Below, in pieces: positions 42,616 through 51,562 of a DNA stretch of 51,688 bases. The DNA lies in contig CAYGLL010000007.1 in assembly GCA_964350935.1 (NCBI GenBank), positions 1 through 51,688 of the forward strand. Reading direction: 5' to 3'. The number at the start of each line of letters is the position of its first letter. Position 1 is the stretch's first letter. The translations under genes were made by a program, and so were the position numbers. The notes beneath the pieces are model-generated. The model searched no databases. It had not been told where the DNA came from and was given only the letters and a program-made list of their open reading frames with translations. Source of the stretch: an uncultured Candidatus Saccharibacteria bacterium. GTDB lineage: Bacteria > Patescibacteriota > Minisyncoccia > Phycocordibacterales > CAYGLL01.

Positions 42616-42676
42616 ATTCTTCAAGAAGGATATGCTAACAGGAGTGGGCTTGTCAATACGACCAAAACGTGATAGG

Positions 42677-44638
42677 ATGTTTTCAATGTCAAAAAAATCT
42701 ACTCATATACATAAAAACCCGAAAACTATCACGGGCACTATTTTTCTTACCTCCAAATCTACCGGCTACATAACAGCCGAAGGTTTTAAAGAAGACATTG
42801 AGATCTCGCCCGACAATCTAAACACCGCGCTCCACAAGGACGAGGTTCAAATTACCGTTGGCGGAAAATCACGCTTCGGACGTATTCAGGGCCGTGTTAC
42901 TAAAATAATTAAACGTGCGAAGCAATCATTCGTGGGAACCATTGCGCTACGTGATCGAACCTATGTTCTCGTTCCTGATGACCGCAAGTGCTACGTCGAA
43001 ATAGAGATTCCGGAAAAATTCCGCGTACAAGCAAAAGATGGTGACAAGGCTCTCGTAAAAATCATCCGCTGGGAAAATCCGAGCATGAATCCTCTTGGAT
43101 CCGTTGAGAAAGTCATTGGTCGCAAAGGCGACAACAATGCCGAAATGCACTCAATTGCACTTGAACGTGGTTTTAGCGCAGACTTCCCTGCCCAAGTTAT
43201 GGCTGAAGCTGAGGAGCTCAAAAGACAAAATCCTCACCTGCTCGAGGTTGAAATTCCTAAACGTCGCGACTTCCGAAAAGTGTTGACCTTCACCATTGAC
43301 CCTGTTGACGCCAAAGACTTTGACGACGCTATCTCATACCTTGAGCTCCCTAACGGGCACGTTGAAATCGGTGTTCATATCGCTGACGCATCGCATTACG
43401 TTCGACCACGCACCGCACTCGACAAAGAAGCGCAGGAACGGCAGCTCTCGGTTTATCTTGCCGATCGAACGATCCCTATGCTTCCACACATTCTTTCAAA
43501 TGATCTCTGTAGCCTCAACCCGCATGAAGACAAACTCACCTTCAGTGCCGTTTTTGAAATGGACAAAGCCGGCATAGTTCACAAACGTTGGTTTGGTAAG
43601 ACGGTTATAAACTCAGCTCATCGCTTTACCTATGAAGACGCACAGAAAGCTATTGTGACTCCGACTGAAAAATATCATCACGAACTTACGTCACTTAACG
43701 AAATTGCTAAAAAACTTCAGCATAAAAAATTTGCCGCTGGCGCAATCAACTTCGAAAAAGATGAGGTTAAGGTTGAAGTTGATGCAACAGGAAAGCCCGT
43801 TCGTATCTATAAAAAGAAACGTTTTGATGCGCATAAGCTCGTCGAGGAGTATATGCTTCTCGCCAACCGCGAAGTCTCCGAGTTCGTTTTCCGCGGCCAC
43901 GAAAAACAAAAAATTCGGGGCGCACTCGTTTATCGTATTCACGATCTTCCCGATAAAGAAAAAGTAAAAGCTTTGGGCATTTTCGTTAAAGCACTTGGCT
44001 ACGATCTGCCAATTGCAAAATCAGGAAAAATCTCACCAAAAGATATCAATGCGCTCCTCAAACAAGTTGAAGGTAAGGCTGAAGAGGCGCTCGTAAAGAC
44101 CGCCGCTATCAGAACCATGGCAAAAGCAATTTACTCGACGAAAAATATTGGCCACTTCGGACTCGCGTTTGAGTTTTACTCACACTTTACCTCCCCAATC
44201 AGGCGTTATCCGGACACCCTGGTTCATCGTATCCTTGCACAACACCTGAACCGTTCTCCTATAGCCAAACATGAAATCGAGGCCTACGAGCATTTGTGCC
44301 GCAGAGCAACCGAGCGCGAGATCGATGCCGCTGAAGCTGAGCGCGAATCCATAAAAATGAAACAGGTGGAGTACATGCAGGAACACATCGGAAAAACGTT
44401 CGACGGAATTATTTCCGGTGTTACCGACTGGGGCATTTACGTTGAAGAGAATAAAACCGGCGCGGAGGGCATGATTAAACTGCGCGATCTTGGCGACGAC
44501 TACTTCTCACTCGACGAAAAAAACTATACCGTTGTCGGCGAAAAAACAAAGAAAAAGTATCGTCTGGGTGACACTGCGCGCATCAAACTTCTCGCCGCTG
44601 ACCCTGAACGTAAAACACTTGATTTTGAACTGGTGTAG
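42677..44638 (+). CDS. rnr: ribonuclease R (RNB family exoribonuclease with C-terminal S1 domain)
   Basis: RNB motifs IDPVDAKDFDDAIS and HFTSPIRRYPD; C-terminal S1-like domain. Start at ATG 42677 or 42686; the track start 42443 overlaps the divergent gene. Confidence 0.85.
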   Translation: MFSMSKKSTHIHKNPKTITGTIFLTSKSTGYITAEGFKEDIEISPDNLNTALHKDEVQITVGGKSRFGRIQGRVTKIIKRAKQSFVGTIALRDRTYVLVPDDRKCYVEIEIPEKFRVQAKDGDKALVKIIRWENPSMNPLGSVEKVIGRKGDNNAEMHSIALERGFSADFPAQVMAEAEELKRQNPHLLEVEIPKRRDFRKVLTFTIDPVDAKDFDDAISYLELPNGHVEIGVHIADASHYVRPRTALDKEAQERQLSVYLADRTIPMLPHILSNDLCSLNPHEDKLTFSAVFEMDKAGIVHKRWFGKTVINSAHRFTYEDAQKAIVTPTEKYHHELTSLNEIAKKLQHKKFAAGAINFEKDEVKVEVDATGKPVRIYKKKRFDAHKLVEEYMLLANREVSEFVFRGHEKQKIRGALVYRIHDLPDKEKVKALGIFVKALGYDLPIAKSGKISPKDINALLKQVEGKAEEALVKTAAIRTMAKAIYSTKNIGHFGLAFEFYSHFTSPIRRYPDTLVHRILAQHLNRSPIAKHEIEAYEHLCRRATEREIDAAEAERESIKMKQVEYMQEHIGKTFDGIISGVTDWGIYVEENKTGAEGMIKLRDLGDDYFSLDEKNYTVVGEKTKKKYRLGDTARIKLLAADPERKTLDFELV

Positions 44639-44769
44639 TGCAATACTCACAGAGGACGCTCTGCGCGTTCTCACGAAACCCAAACGAAAGGAAAACGCAT
44701 GGAATACTCCCATAAACAGATCGAATCGGTTGAGATTGAATTCTAAACTGGTTTGCTCTGGTGATTACA

Positions 44770-44802
44770 CCGGTTTCCCGTAGGGGAAACCGGCTTTTTT
44801 TT
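44770..44802 (+). terminator. intrinsic terminator after rnr
   Basis: CCGGTTTCCC gtag GGGAAACCGG followed by CT8. Confidence 0.8.
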
Positions 44803-44854
44803 ATTCACAAAAATGATACAGTAGCTCCAGAACCTCAACCAAAAGGATAAAGGT

Positions 44855-45166
44855 ATGTCCATTGAAGCCGTCAGTCCAGAACAAGCGCTGAAAATGCAAA
44901 CCGAAGCGTTTGCAAAACTCAAAAAAGGATCACTGTTTAGCATCGCGAACAACCGCTTTTTTATTGCGGTCGAAAAGCACGAGGATCGTGTCGAGGCAAT
45001 CGAACTTACCGACGAGAATCGCCTTCAAATTCTTTTTGGTGGGAAACTTTTGAGCTCTACACTCCCATTCAATGAGCTTCGCTGCCTCCACACATACAAC
45101 TACGAAGATATACTCCGTCACGCACGCATGATGCAGGAAGTCCGAAATCGCCGGGGCCAATCTTAG
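44855..45166 (+). CDS. hypothetical protein, 103 aa
   Basis: ATG behind AAAAGGATAAAGG, flanked by terminators 44770-44802 and 45193-45218. Confidence 0.45.
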   Translation: MSIEAVSPEQALKMQTEAFAKLKKGSLFSIANNRFFIAVEKHEDRVEAIELTDENRLQILFGGKLLSSTLPFNELRCLHTYNYEDILRHARMMQEVRNRRGQS

Positions 45167-45192
45167 TTGACCTTAACAATTGTCTCGACGTA

Positions 45193-45218
45193 ACTGGTTC
45201 CCGAACGGAACCAGTTTT
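45193..45218 (+). terminator. intrinsic terminator after ORF 44855
   Basis: ACTGGTTCC cgaac GGAACCAGT followed by a TTTTATTTTATTTT run. Confidence 0.75.
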
Positions 45219-45236
45219 ATTTTATTTTATCGAGAT

Positions 45237-45265
45237 TTGACAGTTTTATTAATTTGTGATATTCT
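45237..45265 (+). promoter_or_regulatory. sigma-70-like promoter
   Basis: TTGACA-N17-TATTCT. Confidence 0.45.
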
Positions 45266-45272
45266 GCTCATC

Positions 45273-45557
45273 GTGAATGTCCTTTTAACACTAGCTGCAC
45301 ACAAACTCAGGATTGGAAAACGGCGAAAGAAACCTAAGAAAAGTCCTACTGCCCGGGCGTGGAAAATCCTGCGGATCTGTCGCCAAGGCAAAGATCCCCA
45401 AATGACCGCCGCACATCCAAAAGTCATCGCCGCCGCTAAAATCGTCGGCCCCGATCGAGCTCTCGCCTTTCTCTTAAAAAAACAGCTGGCCGGCGAAAAC
45501 GACATCATGACACGCCGACGCAGAATGGATGGGAGTCTCTGCTCACGCAACGCGTGA
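45273..45557 (+). CDS. small basic hypothetical protein (start uncertain: GTG 45273 or ATG 45402)
   Basis: Lies between promoter-like TTGACA-N17-TATTCT (45237-45265) and terminator 45566-45591. An antisense ORF of similar size exists, so coding status is weak. Confidence 0.3.
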   Translation: MNVLLTLAAHKLRIGKRRKKPKKSPTARAWKILRICRQGKDPQMTAAHPKVIAAAKIVGPDRALAFLLKKQLAGENDIMTRRRRMDGSLCSRNA

Positions 45558-45565
45558 GCGCGTAA

Positions 45566-45591
45566 CTCGAACCGGGGAGGTTCGAGTTTTT
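45566..45591 (+). terminator. intrinsic terminator
   Basis: CTCGAACC gggga GGTTCGAG followed by T5. Confidence 0.75.
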
Positions 45592-45619
45592 CTTATATTA
45601 CTGATAAAATTATAACGAT

Positions 45620-48502
45620 ATGGAACAGCCGCCAGAAGAAGTCCTGAAGGAACAAAACGCGGTTTCGCGTTCAAAGCTTGAAGACATTATTCAGGATCGA
45701 AAAACGACATTACGTGAAAGTGTCGAAACAACGTCCGACCTTGCATGGGTAAACGAGCTTCCTGCTGAGCAACAAGAACTCGCACAGAAAAATATTGACC
45801 TTTTATCTCTTCTAAACGGCCACAAGGGTGCTGATCTCCGAAGGGTAGTAAGCGGAGGCGGTACACCAGAAGCACAACACGTTCAAAACCTTCTGGAATG
45901 GTCGCGACAACTCGCTTCCGGAAGCAATCCCGATAACACTCCGCTTTTTGAACAAATACCGCCCTGTCTCAGCAGGGCGAGCGAAACTTCGCTCTACGAA
46001 AAAATTGTTTTCCTGGAAAAATATCCTGAAACACCCCGTGATTCAATCGGTGAAGAAATCCAGAGGGAAACAGCCCGTGCGCTCGGTATTGAAAGCGAGA
46101 AATGGATTGATCTTATCAATCCCCTGTTTAATGACCCTAAAGCGGCCGGAGAAGTTATCGATCGGGTAGGTTTTATTCCCGAAGAACTCTACACCAAGAA
46201 AAAATTCAAAAGCGTTGATTCGAAAAAAATCGTCGCTCTTACCGACGAGCTTCGTAAGCTTGAAAACTCTGCACTTGACCGCGAGGCTCTGCATGAACGA
46301 GCGCGCGTGATCAATCATTTTTTTATTTCTCGACGAGCGGAGCAACTTCGCGCAAAAGAACGTGATAATGTGACGCTCGACTCAAACGGTATTTCCGTAA
46401 ATCTTATCGGCTTCAACTCCCACCTTCCCTATGGACTTATTGACGATGAAACAATTACAGAACTCGAACGCGGAAACTGGATGCCGACTCAAAGTATCAC
46501 TGAAATCAGAATCCAAAAAGCGAAGTCGAACAACGAACATAACCTCGTTGTAGAAATAAAAGAGGTCCAAGGTGAGAAATTCGGCAGTGTGTTGGAAATT
46601 GCTAACCGAGACAGTTTTTTCAAACTCCTCTCTGCGGGAAGCGCGGGGAAGATCGCGGAAAAAATAATCGCCGGGCGACTGGTGATCCCGGATGCGTGGA
46701 TCGAATCCGCGCAGTCTCAAAACGAGCATGCCGACCTTGTGGCTCTGGCTGAAGAAATAACCTCGCATATTAGTGGGGAAGCACCGAGCGAAGAACCGAC
46801 AAAGCCTGTGGGTTATGAAGGGGTGCACGGGATTGATGACGCTTACCAGGTTCGATCGAAAATACTTAACGATCCGGCATACTATAACGTCATCAAGATA
46901 GTTCAGAACTTTCTTTCTAACCTGTCCGCTTCGTCGGCCCCTGATGAATACATGGCCTTTCGTGGACACTACAAAAAATCACGTGAAGGCGATCAGCATT
47001 CGTTTATTGAAACGATCAAAAACGGCAGACTGGCACGCGTTCTTATCAATGAAGACAAACACATTCCGCCAACCCTTAAAGAAAATCTCGCGCGACTTCC
47101 GGTTTTTGACCGAAATGCGTACGAAAACCTTGAAGCAGCTCTTCGAACGTTCGACTCGTTTTCTCGCTCGCTCGCGCGCATTGAACTCTTGGCGACCGAA
47201 CTCACTACCGGTCCTCAACCGCGTTCCCCTGAGGAGCAGGACCTATTTATCGATTCCGCTCAAAACTGTCTCCACTTTATTCTCACTAACGTCTCAGAGG
47301 TACACATCGAAGCCGAATCTTTGTACGAAAAAGTGAAAACTCCGTCACCCGAACCTGGATCGATGAGTGCGTTCATTTCCCTATTACAAAACGCCCGTAC
47401 ACGGTATGCAGAGTTCCTCTACAAAAACATCCTTTCTCAAAACCATTTTGAAGAGAGGTTTTCACCAGAAGTTAAGGCTTTGGATATTCAATTTGGCGAT
47501 GCATTCATAGACGGAGCGCTTGAAAAATGCCCGAAGGGTTACGATGAGGCTTTAAGCCGTATTCCTTTCAAGAGTCGCGTCGTCACTGTCGATTACAAAC
47601 TCGAAGATCCAAGCGAGACAATCCCCTTTCACATTGAAGAGTCCTGCCTCGATGCACTGCGCCTCAACCGTAACCGACCGCTCATTAACATCATTGGAGG
47701 ATGTAAACATCTCGATTCAGGAAAAAATCCTTTGGAAACAATGAGTGAGGCCGTAGTCAGTGTTGCTCATAAACACAAAGCCAACGTGGGAGTTCCTGGA
47801 ACTCAATCGGGAATCGGGACGGTTTTTGGAAAACAGAACATCCACTACCAGGAACACTTCGACCACTTGCCTCACGCCGAACAAGCTCACTTTTTCTCCA
47901 TTAACCCCGGCGGCAGTGTTTATTTCCCCGGTAATACGTTCATAGAGCCCGGGGCGGAATCGGTGTATGCAAACACCACAGTAGACACGCTTGCAACGCC
48001 CGTACCTGCCGAATGGAATAAAAAAGGTTTGGAAAAATATACCTCGAAGTATCTTACCCACATCGCATACATGGAGGCCTTGTACCACCGAATGAGCGTT
48101 GGTCAAAAACATGTCATGGTAGTCGGTAATGGCGGTCTTTATAGCATCATGGAAATAAATGAATCGCTCAAAAAGAATGCTGGACTCATTTTGGTAAAAG
48201 ATACGGGCCGATTCGCTGAGGCGGCTTCCGCACTTGTTCCACACCTCAGTGAGATTCTTGCATCTACAGAACCAGATACTCTAATCATCGATCTGGTAAA
48301 GAAAACACTTGATGAAAAAAGTTCCGAAGAATTTTTTAAAAAGGATTTTGGTTTTCAACGTGAGCCTGAAAACGACGACTACAAGGTGTACCGCGACTAT
48401 TTTATGAAATTCCTTACACTTGCCCACGAGAAATCTTCCCGAATTTCTGTCACGGATCTCAACTCTCTTCAATTTACCCTCGACAACGCACTCCAACCTT
48501 AA
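45620..48502 (+). CDS. large cytoplasmic protein with C-terminal SLOG/LSDAT-like (TRPM-type) domain
   Basis: 960 aa, no TM. The C-terminal ~280 aa carry INIIGGCKHL, VGVPGTQSGIGTVFG, VMVVGNGGLYSIMEI and LILVKDTGRFAEAAS, the strand-Gly-rich-loop pattern of SLOG/LOG-like Rossmannoid domains. Confidence 0.5.
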   Translation: MEQPPEEVLKEQNAVSRSKLEDIIQDRKTTLRESVETTSDLAWVNELPAEQQELAQKNIDLLSLLNGHKGADLRRVVSGGGTPEAQHVQNLLEWSRQLASGSNPDNTPLFEQIPPCLSRASETSLYEKIVFLEKYPETPRDSIGEEIQRETARALGIESEKWIDLINPLFNDPKAAGEVIDRVGFIPEELYTKKKFKSVDSKKIVALTDELRKLENSALDREALHERARVINHFFISRRAEQLRAKERDNVTLDSNGISVNLIGFNSHLPYGLIDDETITELERGNWMPTQSITEIRIQKAKSNNEHNLVVEIKEVQGEKFGSVLEIANRDSFFKLLSAGSAGKIAEKIIAGRLVIPDAWIESAQSQNEHADLVALAEEITSHISGEAPSEEPTKPVGYEGVHGIDDAYQVRSKILNDPAYYNVIKIVQNFLSNLSASSAPDEYMAFRGHYKKSREGDQHSFIETIKNGRLARVLINEDKHIPPTLKENLARLPVFDRNAYENLEAALRTFDSFSRSLARIELLATELTTGPQPRSPEEQDLFIDSAQNCLHFILTNVSEVHIEAESLYEKVKTPSPEPGSMSAFISLLQNARTRYAEFLYKNILSQNHFEERFSPEVKALDIQFGDAFIDGALEKCPKGYDEALSRIPFKSRVVTVDYKLEDPSETIPFHIEESCLDALRLNRNRPLINIIGGCKHLDSGKNPLETMSEAVVSVAHKHKANVGVPGTQSGIGTVFGKQNIHYQEHFDHLPHAEQAHFFSINPGGSVYFPGNTFIEPGAESVYANTTVDTLATPVPAEWNKKGLEKYTSKYLTHIAYMEALYHRMSVGQKHVMVVGNGGLYSIMEINESLKKNAGLILVKDTGRFAEAASALVPHLSEILASTEPDTLIIDLVKKTLDEKSSEEFFKKDFGFQREPENDDYKVYRDYFMKFLTLAHEKSSRISVTDLNSLQFTLDNALQP

Positions 48503-48518
48503 ACTCCTCAAAGGAAAA

Positions 48519-48552
48519 CCGCCGCGTGCTCGAAAGCACGCGGCGGCGTTTT
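48519..48552. terminator. bidirectional terminator between the SLOG-domain gene and the NDT-like gene
   Basis: 12-bp stem CCGCCGCGTGCT/AGCACGCGGCGG, flanked by AAAA and CGTTTTA. Confidence 0.75.
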
Positions 48553-48642
48553 ATCTGCTTTAAGGGCAGACGTCATAGTTCCGTCAGAAGCTAGTCTGAC
48601 AGACTTATGATTGCTTTCGTCTACCCGTGGGCAGACAAAAGC

Positions 48643-49125
48643 TTACTTGTTCAGAACACTGATGATGTGACTCGTGGCGGTTTCCGCGTTGGTGAACACG
48701 CGACAGTTCGCCGTATGGCGGCTGGCGAGTTCACGCAGGTAGTTGCGCGCCCGGTTGAGATCCTTCAACTCACGGCCGGTGATCACCTGACCCTGGACTT
48801 CCGTCTTGTCCGGAATGTCGTCGATCACGAGCGCCACACTGCGGCCACTGACGACGTACTCGGTCGCTTCGAGAATCGAGGCAACCGCACGAGTCTGGCC
48901 GTCAATGATGAAGAGGAGCTCCTGTGACTCGGCCTTCGCAACCGCCTCAACCTCGGCAATACCGCCCTTGATGCCCTCGGCCTTGTACTGGGCGTCCAAC
49001 TCGCTGTAATTGGGCACCTGCGGGTTGTAAAACGCAACCCCCTCTCCCGTAAGGAGCGGGATGGAAACGTCAGTGCGCCAGGTCGTAGGATCGCAGGAAC
49101 CGCCCAGGAATACTTGCTTTTTCAT
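48643..49125 (-). CDS. nucleoside 2-deoxyribosyltransferase-like (Nuc_deoxyri_tr2 / DNPH1-like) protein
   Basis: VFLGGSCDPTTWRTDVSIPLL...GVAFYNPQV N-terminus and later SILEATEY acidic motif; markedly G+C-rich. Confidence 0.5.
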   Translation of the reverse strand: MKKQVFLGGSCDPTTWRTDVSIPLLTGEGVAFYNPQVPNYSELDAQYKAEGIKGGIAEVEAVAKAESQELLFIIDGQTRAVASILEATEYVVSGRSVALVIDDIPDKTEVQGQVITGRELKDLNRARNYLRELASRHTANCRVFTNAETATSHIISVLNK

Positions 49126-49216
49126 GTTGTAACTGTGCCTTTCTGTTCTGTATTGTTGATGTACATCTCAAGCTGTTATGTGCCTTGAGCACCCGATGTC
49201 TAGTCGGATAAAAATG

Positions 49217-49245
49217 AAACTAGCATATTATTGACAGTTTGTCAA
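49217..49245 (-). promoter_or_regulatory. sigma-70-like promoter for the NDT-like gene
   Basis: Minus sense TTGACA AACTGTCAATAATATGC TAGTTT (N17); the ATGCTAGTTT end is shared with promoter 12994-13021. Confidence 0.5.
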
Positions 49246-49250
49246 TAATA
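49226..49250. promoter_or_regulatory. 11-bp inverted repeat overlapping the -35 box of the NDT-like gene promoter
   Basis: TATTATTGACA gtt TGTCAATAATA. Confidence 0.6.
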
Positions 49251-49254
49251 TTAC

Positions 49255-49286
49255 ACATAAATAAAATGGCCCACCTGAGCCATTTT
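49255..49286 (-). terminator. probable terminator after smc
   Basis: AAAATGGC ccacctga GCCATTTT followed by ATTTATGTG on the minus strand. Confidence 0.45.
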
Positions 49287-49309
49287 ATCCGACGCTCTAA
49301 ATTAAGCCT

Positions 49310-51562
49310 CTACTTGGCAACCACAACCGCTTCTTCAAAAGCAATAGAAAGAAGCTTAGAAATGCCGTCCCCGCCCATCGTTACGCCGTACAAAACCCCG
49401 GCACGAGACATAGTCTCGCGATTGTGTGTAATCAAAATAAGCTGAGAGAGCTTTGAAAGGCTCACGATCATATCGCCATACTTACGCGAGTTTGCTTCGT
49501 CGAGTGCTGCATCAGTTTCATCAAGAATAATAAAGGGTGGTGGATTAACCTGCGACATAGCAAAGAGAAGCGCGATCGACGTGAGTGCGCGTTCACCGCC
49601 TGAAAGCATCTGAAGCGCCTTAATTTTCTTGTGCGGCAAATTTACTTTGATATCAATTCCCTCTTCAACCTCGGCATCTTCTTCTGTCTCAAGAGAAATT
49701 CCCTCGGCAAGCGCCAGTGCTTCGTCAGTTTCACTACGGCGTCGTTTTTCCTGCTTTACTACCTCAAGGGACGCCTGCCCTCCTCCGAACATAAGTGCAA
49801 AAAATTTCTGAAACTCATCATTAATTTTTTTTACACCTGCCTTAAATTCAGTATCAATTTTAAGCGAAAGTTCAGCAATTAAAACCCTGAGATTTTCAGC
49901 TGAGGTATGAAGATCGGCAAGTTCTTTTTCAAAAAACTCATTGCGGGCCGCAACCTCATCATGCTCTTTTTTAATTTCAGCACCACCTGCAATTCCTGAC
50001 TCTTCAAGTCGGATTTTGATCTTCTCAATAGTTCTGCGCCGATCAAGCTGAGCCTGGCGATCCTCATACCCCTCGTATGTGGCCGACGCAACACCCAGGA
50101 GCTCCGTTCCCAACAGCGCGCCTGCTTCCATAAGCTCACGTTTGTAATCGTCTTCCTCTACACGCAGACGATCTTCTTCAGCTTTTAAAATTGAAAGCTT
50201 CGAATGAAGTTCCTGCTGCTCGGCAATAATACGAAAAACCGACTTCTCAGCCTCCATTGTTCCCTCTTTCTCCTTTTCAATCTCGCGCTTTAATGCAGCG
50301 AGAGCACCCTGTTGTTTCTTTTCCTCCTGCTCAACACGATGAATTTCGCTTTCAGTATTTTTTTTCTTTTCCTGCAAATCGCTAACGAGTGACTCGAGCT
50401 CTTCGATTCGCTTTACATTAAGTGCAGTTTTGCGCTCTTTAACAAATTTCTGAATAAGATCACGGATAAAAAACAGTGTTTTTTGAATTACGGAAAGATC
50501 ATTTGCATCTTTTGCTTTATCAGCCTCATCTTCAATAACACGTCGTAAATCTTCAACCTCAGAGAGTAGTACGGTCTTCCCTTCATCCTGCGAAGTTGCG
50601 TCTTTTTCTTTTTTAAGACTTCGGTCATGCCATGAATGCTCACCTTCGATACGACCCAACTCACGCGAAAGCGAATCTTTCTCAGACCGGAGTTCCGCAA
50701 TATGTTTTTCAAGTGAAATAATCTGAACACTCTCAACACTCTGTACTTTTGACTCAGCGAGGACTCTTTTGACATCAGCAAGTTCTTTTTCAAGATCGTG
50801 TAAGCGCTTTTCCGGCTCATGCTTAGCAGTCTTCAATCGTTCGTGACTCCCGTGTACATACTGTTCCTCCCGCGACAAATACTCTTTGTAAAGATCGGCG
50901 AGCGTCTTTCGGAGTTCAAAGGCCTTCTCGAGTTTCTCCATCTGCTTCTTCAAAAACCTGAGATGTGGCGCAATTTCTTTTTGAAGTGCCACCACTCGCT
51001 CGACATTCTCGTCAGTCTTTTCAAGCTTCTTTTCACTCTCCTCGCGTTTCCACTGATAGATCTTCAGGCCGAGCGCCTCTTCAACAATTTCGCGTCGCTC
51101 TTTGATGTTGGCATTCAAAATACGGTCAGCCTCGCCCTGGGAAATAATGTGATGACCTGAGGGTCCAACGTGCGCAGCCGCCAAAATTTCAACAATATCC
51201 TTAAGGCGAACAAGACTTCCGTTAATAAGATACTCGTTCACACCATCACGATGAACCACACGCTCAAGTGAGACTTCTTCAAAATCAATGTTGAGCATCT
51301 TCGCGCGGTTATCGAAAGTAACTTTAACCGAAGCGCGATTTCCACGTGACGCTGACTTCCCACCATTAAAGATAAGATCCTCTCCGCGTTTTCCACGCAT
51401 CGATTTAATCGACTGCTCACCCAGCACAAACTGAAATGCCTCTGCGACGTTCGATTTTCCGGAACCATTAGGGCCGACAATTGCTGTAATGGGAGTATTA
51501 AACAAAAGTTCGGTCTTCTTGCCGAACGATTTAAAACTGCTTATCTCCAAAGACTTCAACAT
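49310..51562 (-). CDS. smc: SMC-family ATPase, short form without recognisable hinge domain
   Basis: N-terminal head FKSFGKKT...GPNGSGKSN...LGEQS; C-terminal head LSGGERALTSIALLFA and IILDETDAALD; only 750 aa. Confidence 0.8.
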   Translation of the reverse strand: MLKSLEISSFKSFGKKTELLFNTPITAIVGPNGSGKSNVAEAFQFVLGEQSIKSMRGKRGEDLIFNGGKSASRGNRASVKVTFDNRAKMLNIDFEEVSLERVVHRDGVNEYLINGSLVRLKDIVEILAAAHVGPSGHHIISQGEADRILNANIKERREIVEEALGLKIYQWKREESEKKLEKTDENVERVVALQKEIAPHLRFLKKQMEKLEKAFELRKTLADLYKEYLSREEQYVHGSHERLKTAKHEPEKRLHDLEKELADVKRVLAESKVQSVESVQIISLEKHIAELRSEKDSLSRELGRIEGEHSWHDRSLKKEKDATSQDEGKTVLLSEVEDLRRVIEDEADKAKDANDLSVIQKTLFFIRDLIQKFVKERKTALNVKRIEELESLVSDLQEKKKNTESEIHRVEQEEKKQQGALAALKREIEKEKEGTMEAEKSVFRIIAEQQELHSKLSILKAEEDRLRVEEDDYKRELMEAGALLGTELLGVASATYEGYEDRQAQLDRRRTIEKIKIRLEESGIAGGAEIKKEHDEVAARNEFFEKELADLHTSAENLRVLIAELSLKIDTEFKAGVKKINDEFQKFFALMFGGGQASLEVVKQEKRRRSETDEALALAEGISLETEEDAEVEEGIDIKVNLPHKKIKALQMLSGGERALTSIALLFAMSQVNPPPFIILDETDAALDEANSRKYGDMIVSLSKLSQLILITHNRETMSRAGVLYGVTMGGDGISKLLSIAFEEAVVVAK

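Noticed and set aside
42443-42676. N-terminal 78-81 codons of the rnr track ORF
   Set aside because: This extension overlaps the divergent phosphatase gene and its promoter region and has no RNase R homology. In-frame ATGs at 42677/42686 give a normal RNase R N-terminus.
45227-45550. 107-aa minus-strand ORF antisense to 45273-45557
   Set aside because: The flanking promoter and terminator are oriented for the plus strand. Neither reading frame is convincing, so only the plus-strand ORF is listed, at low confidence.
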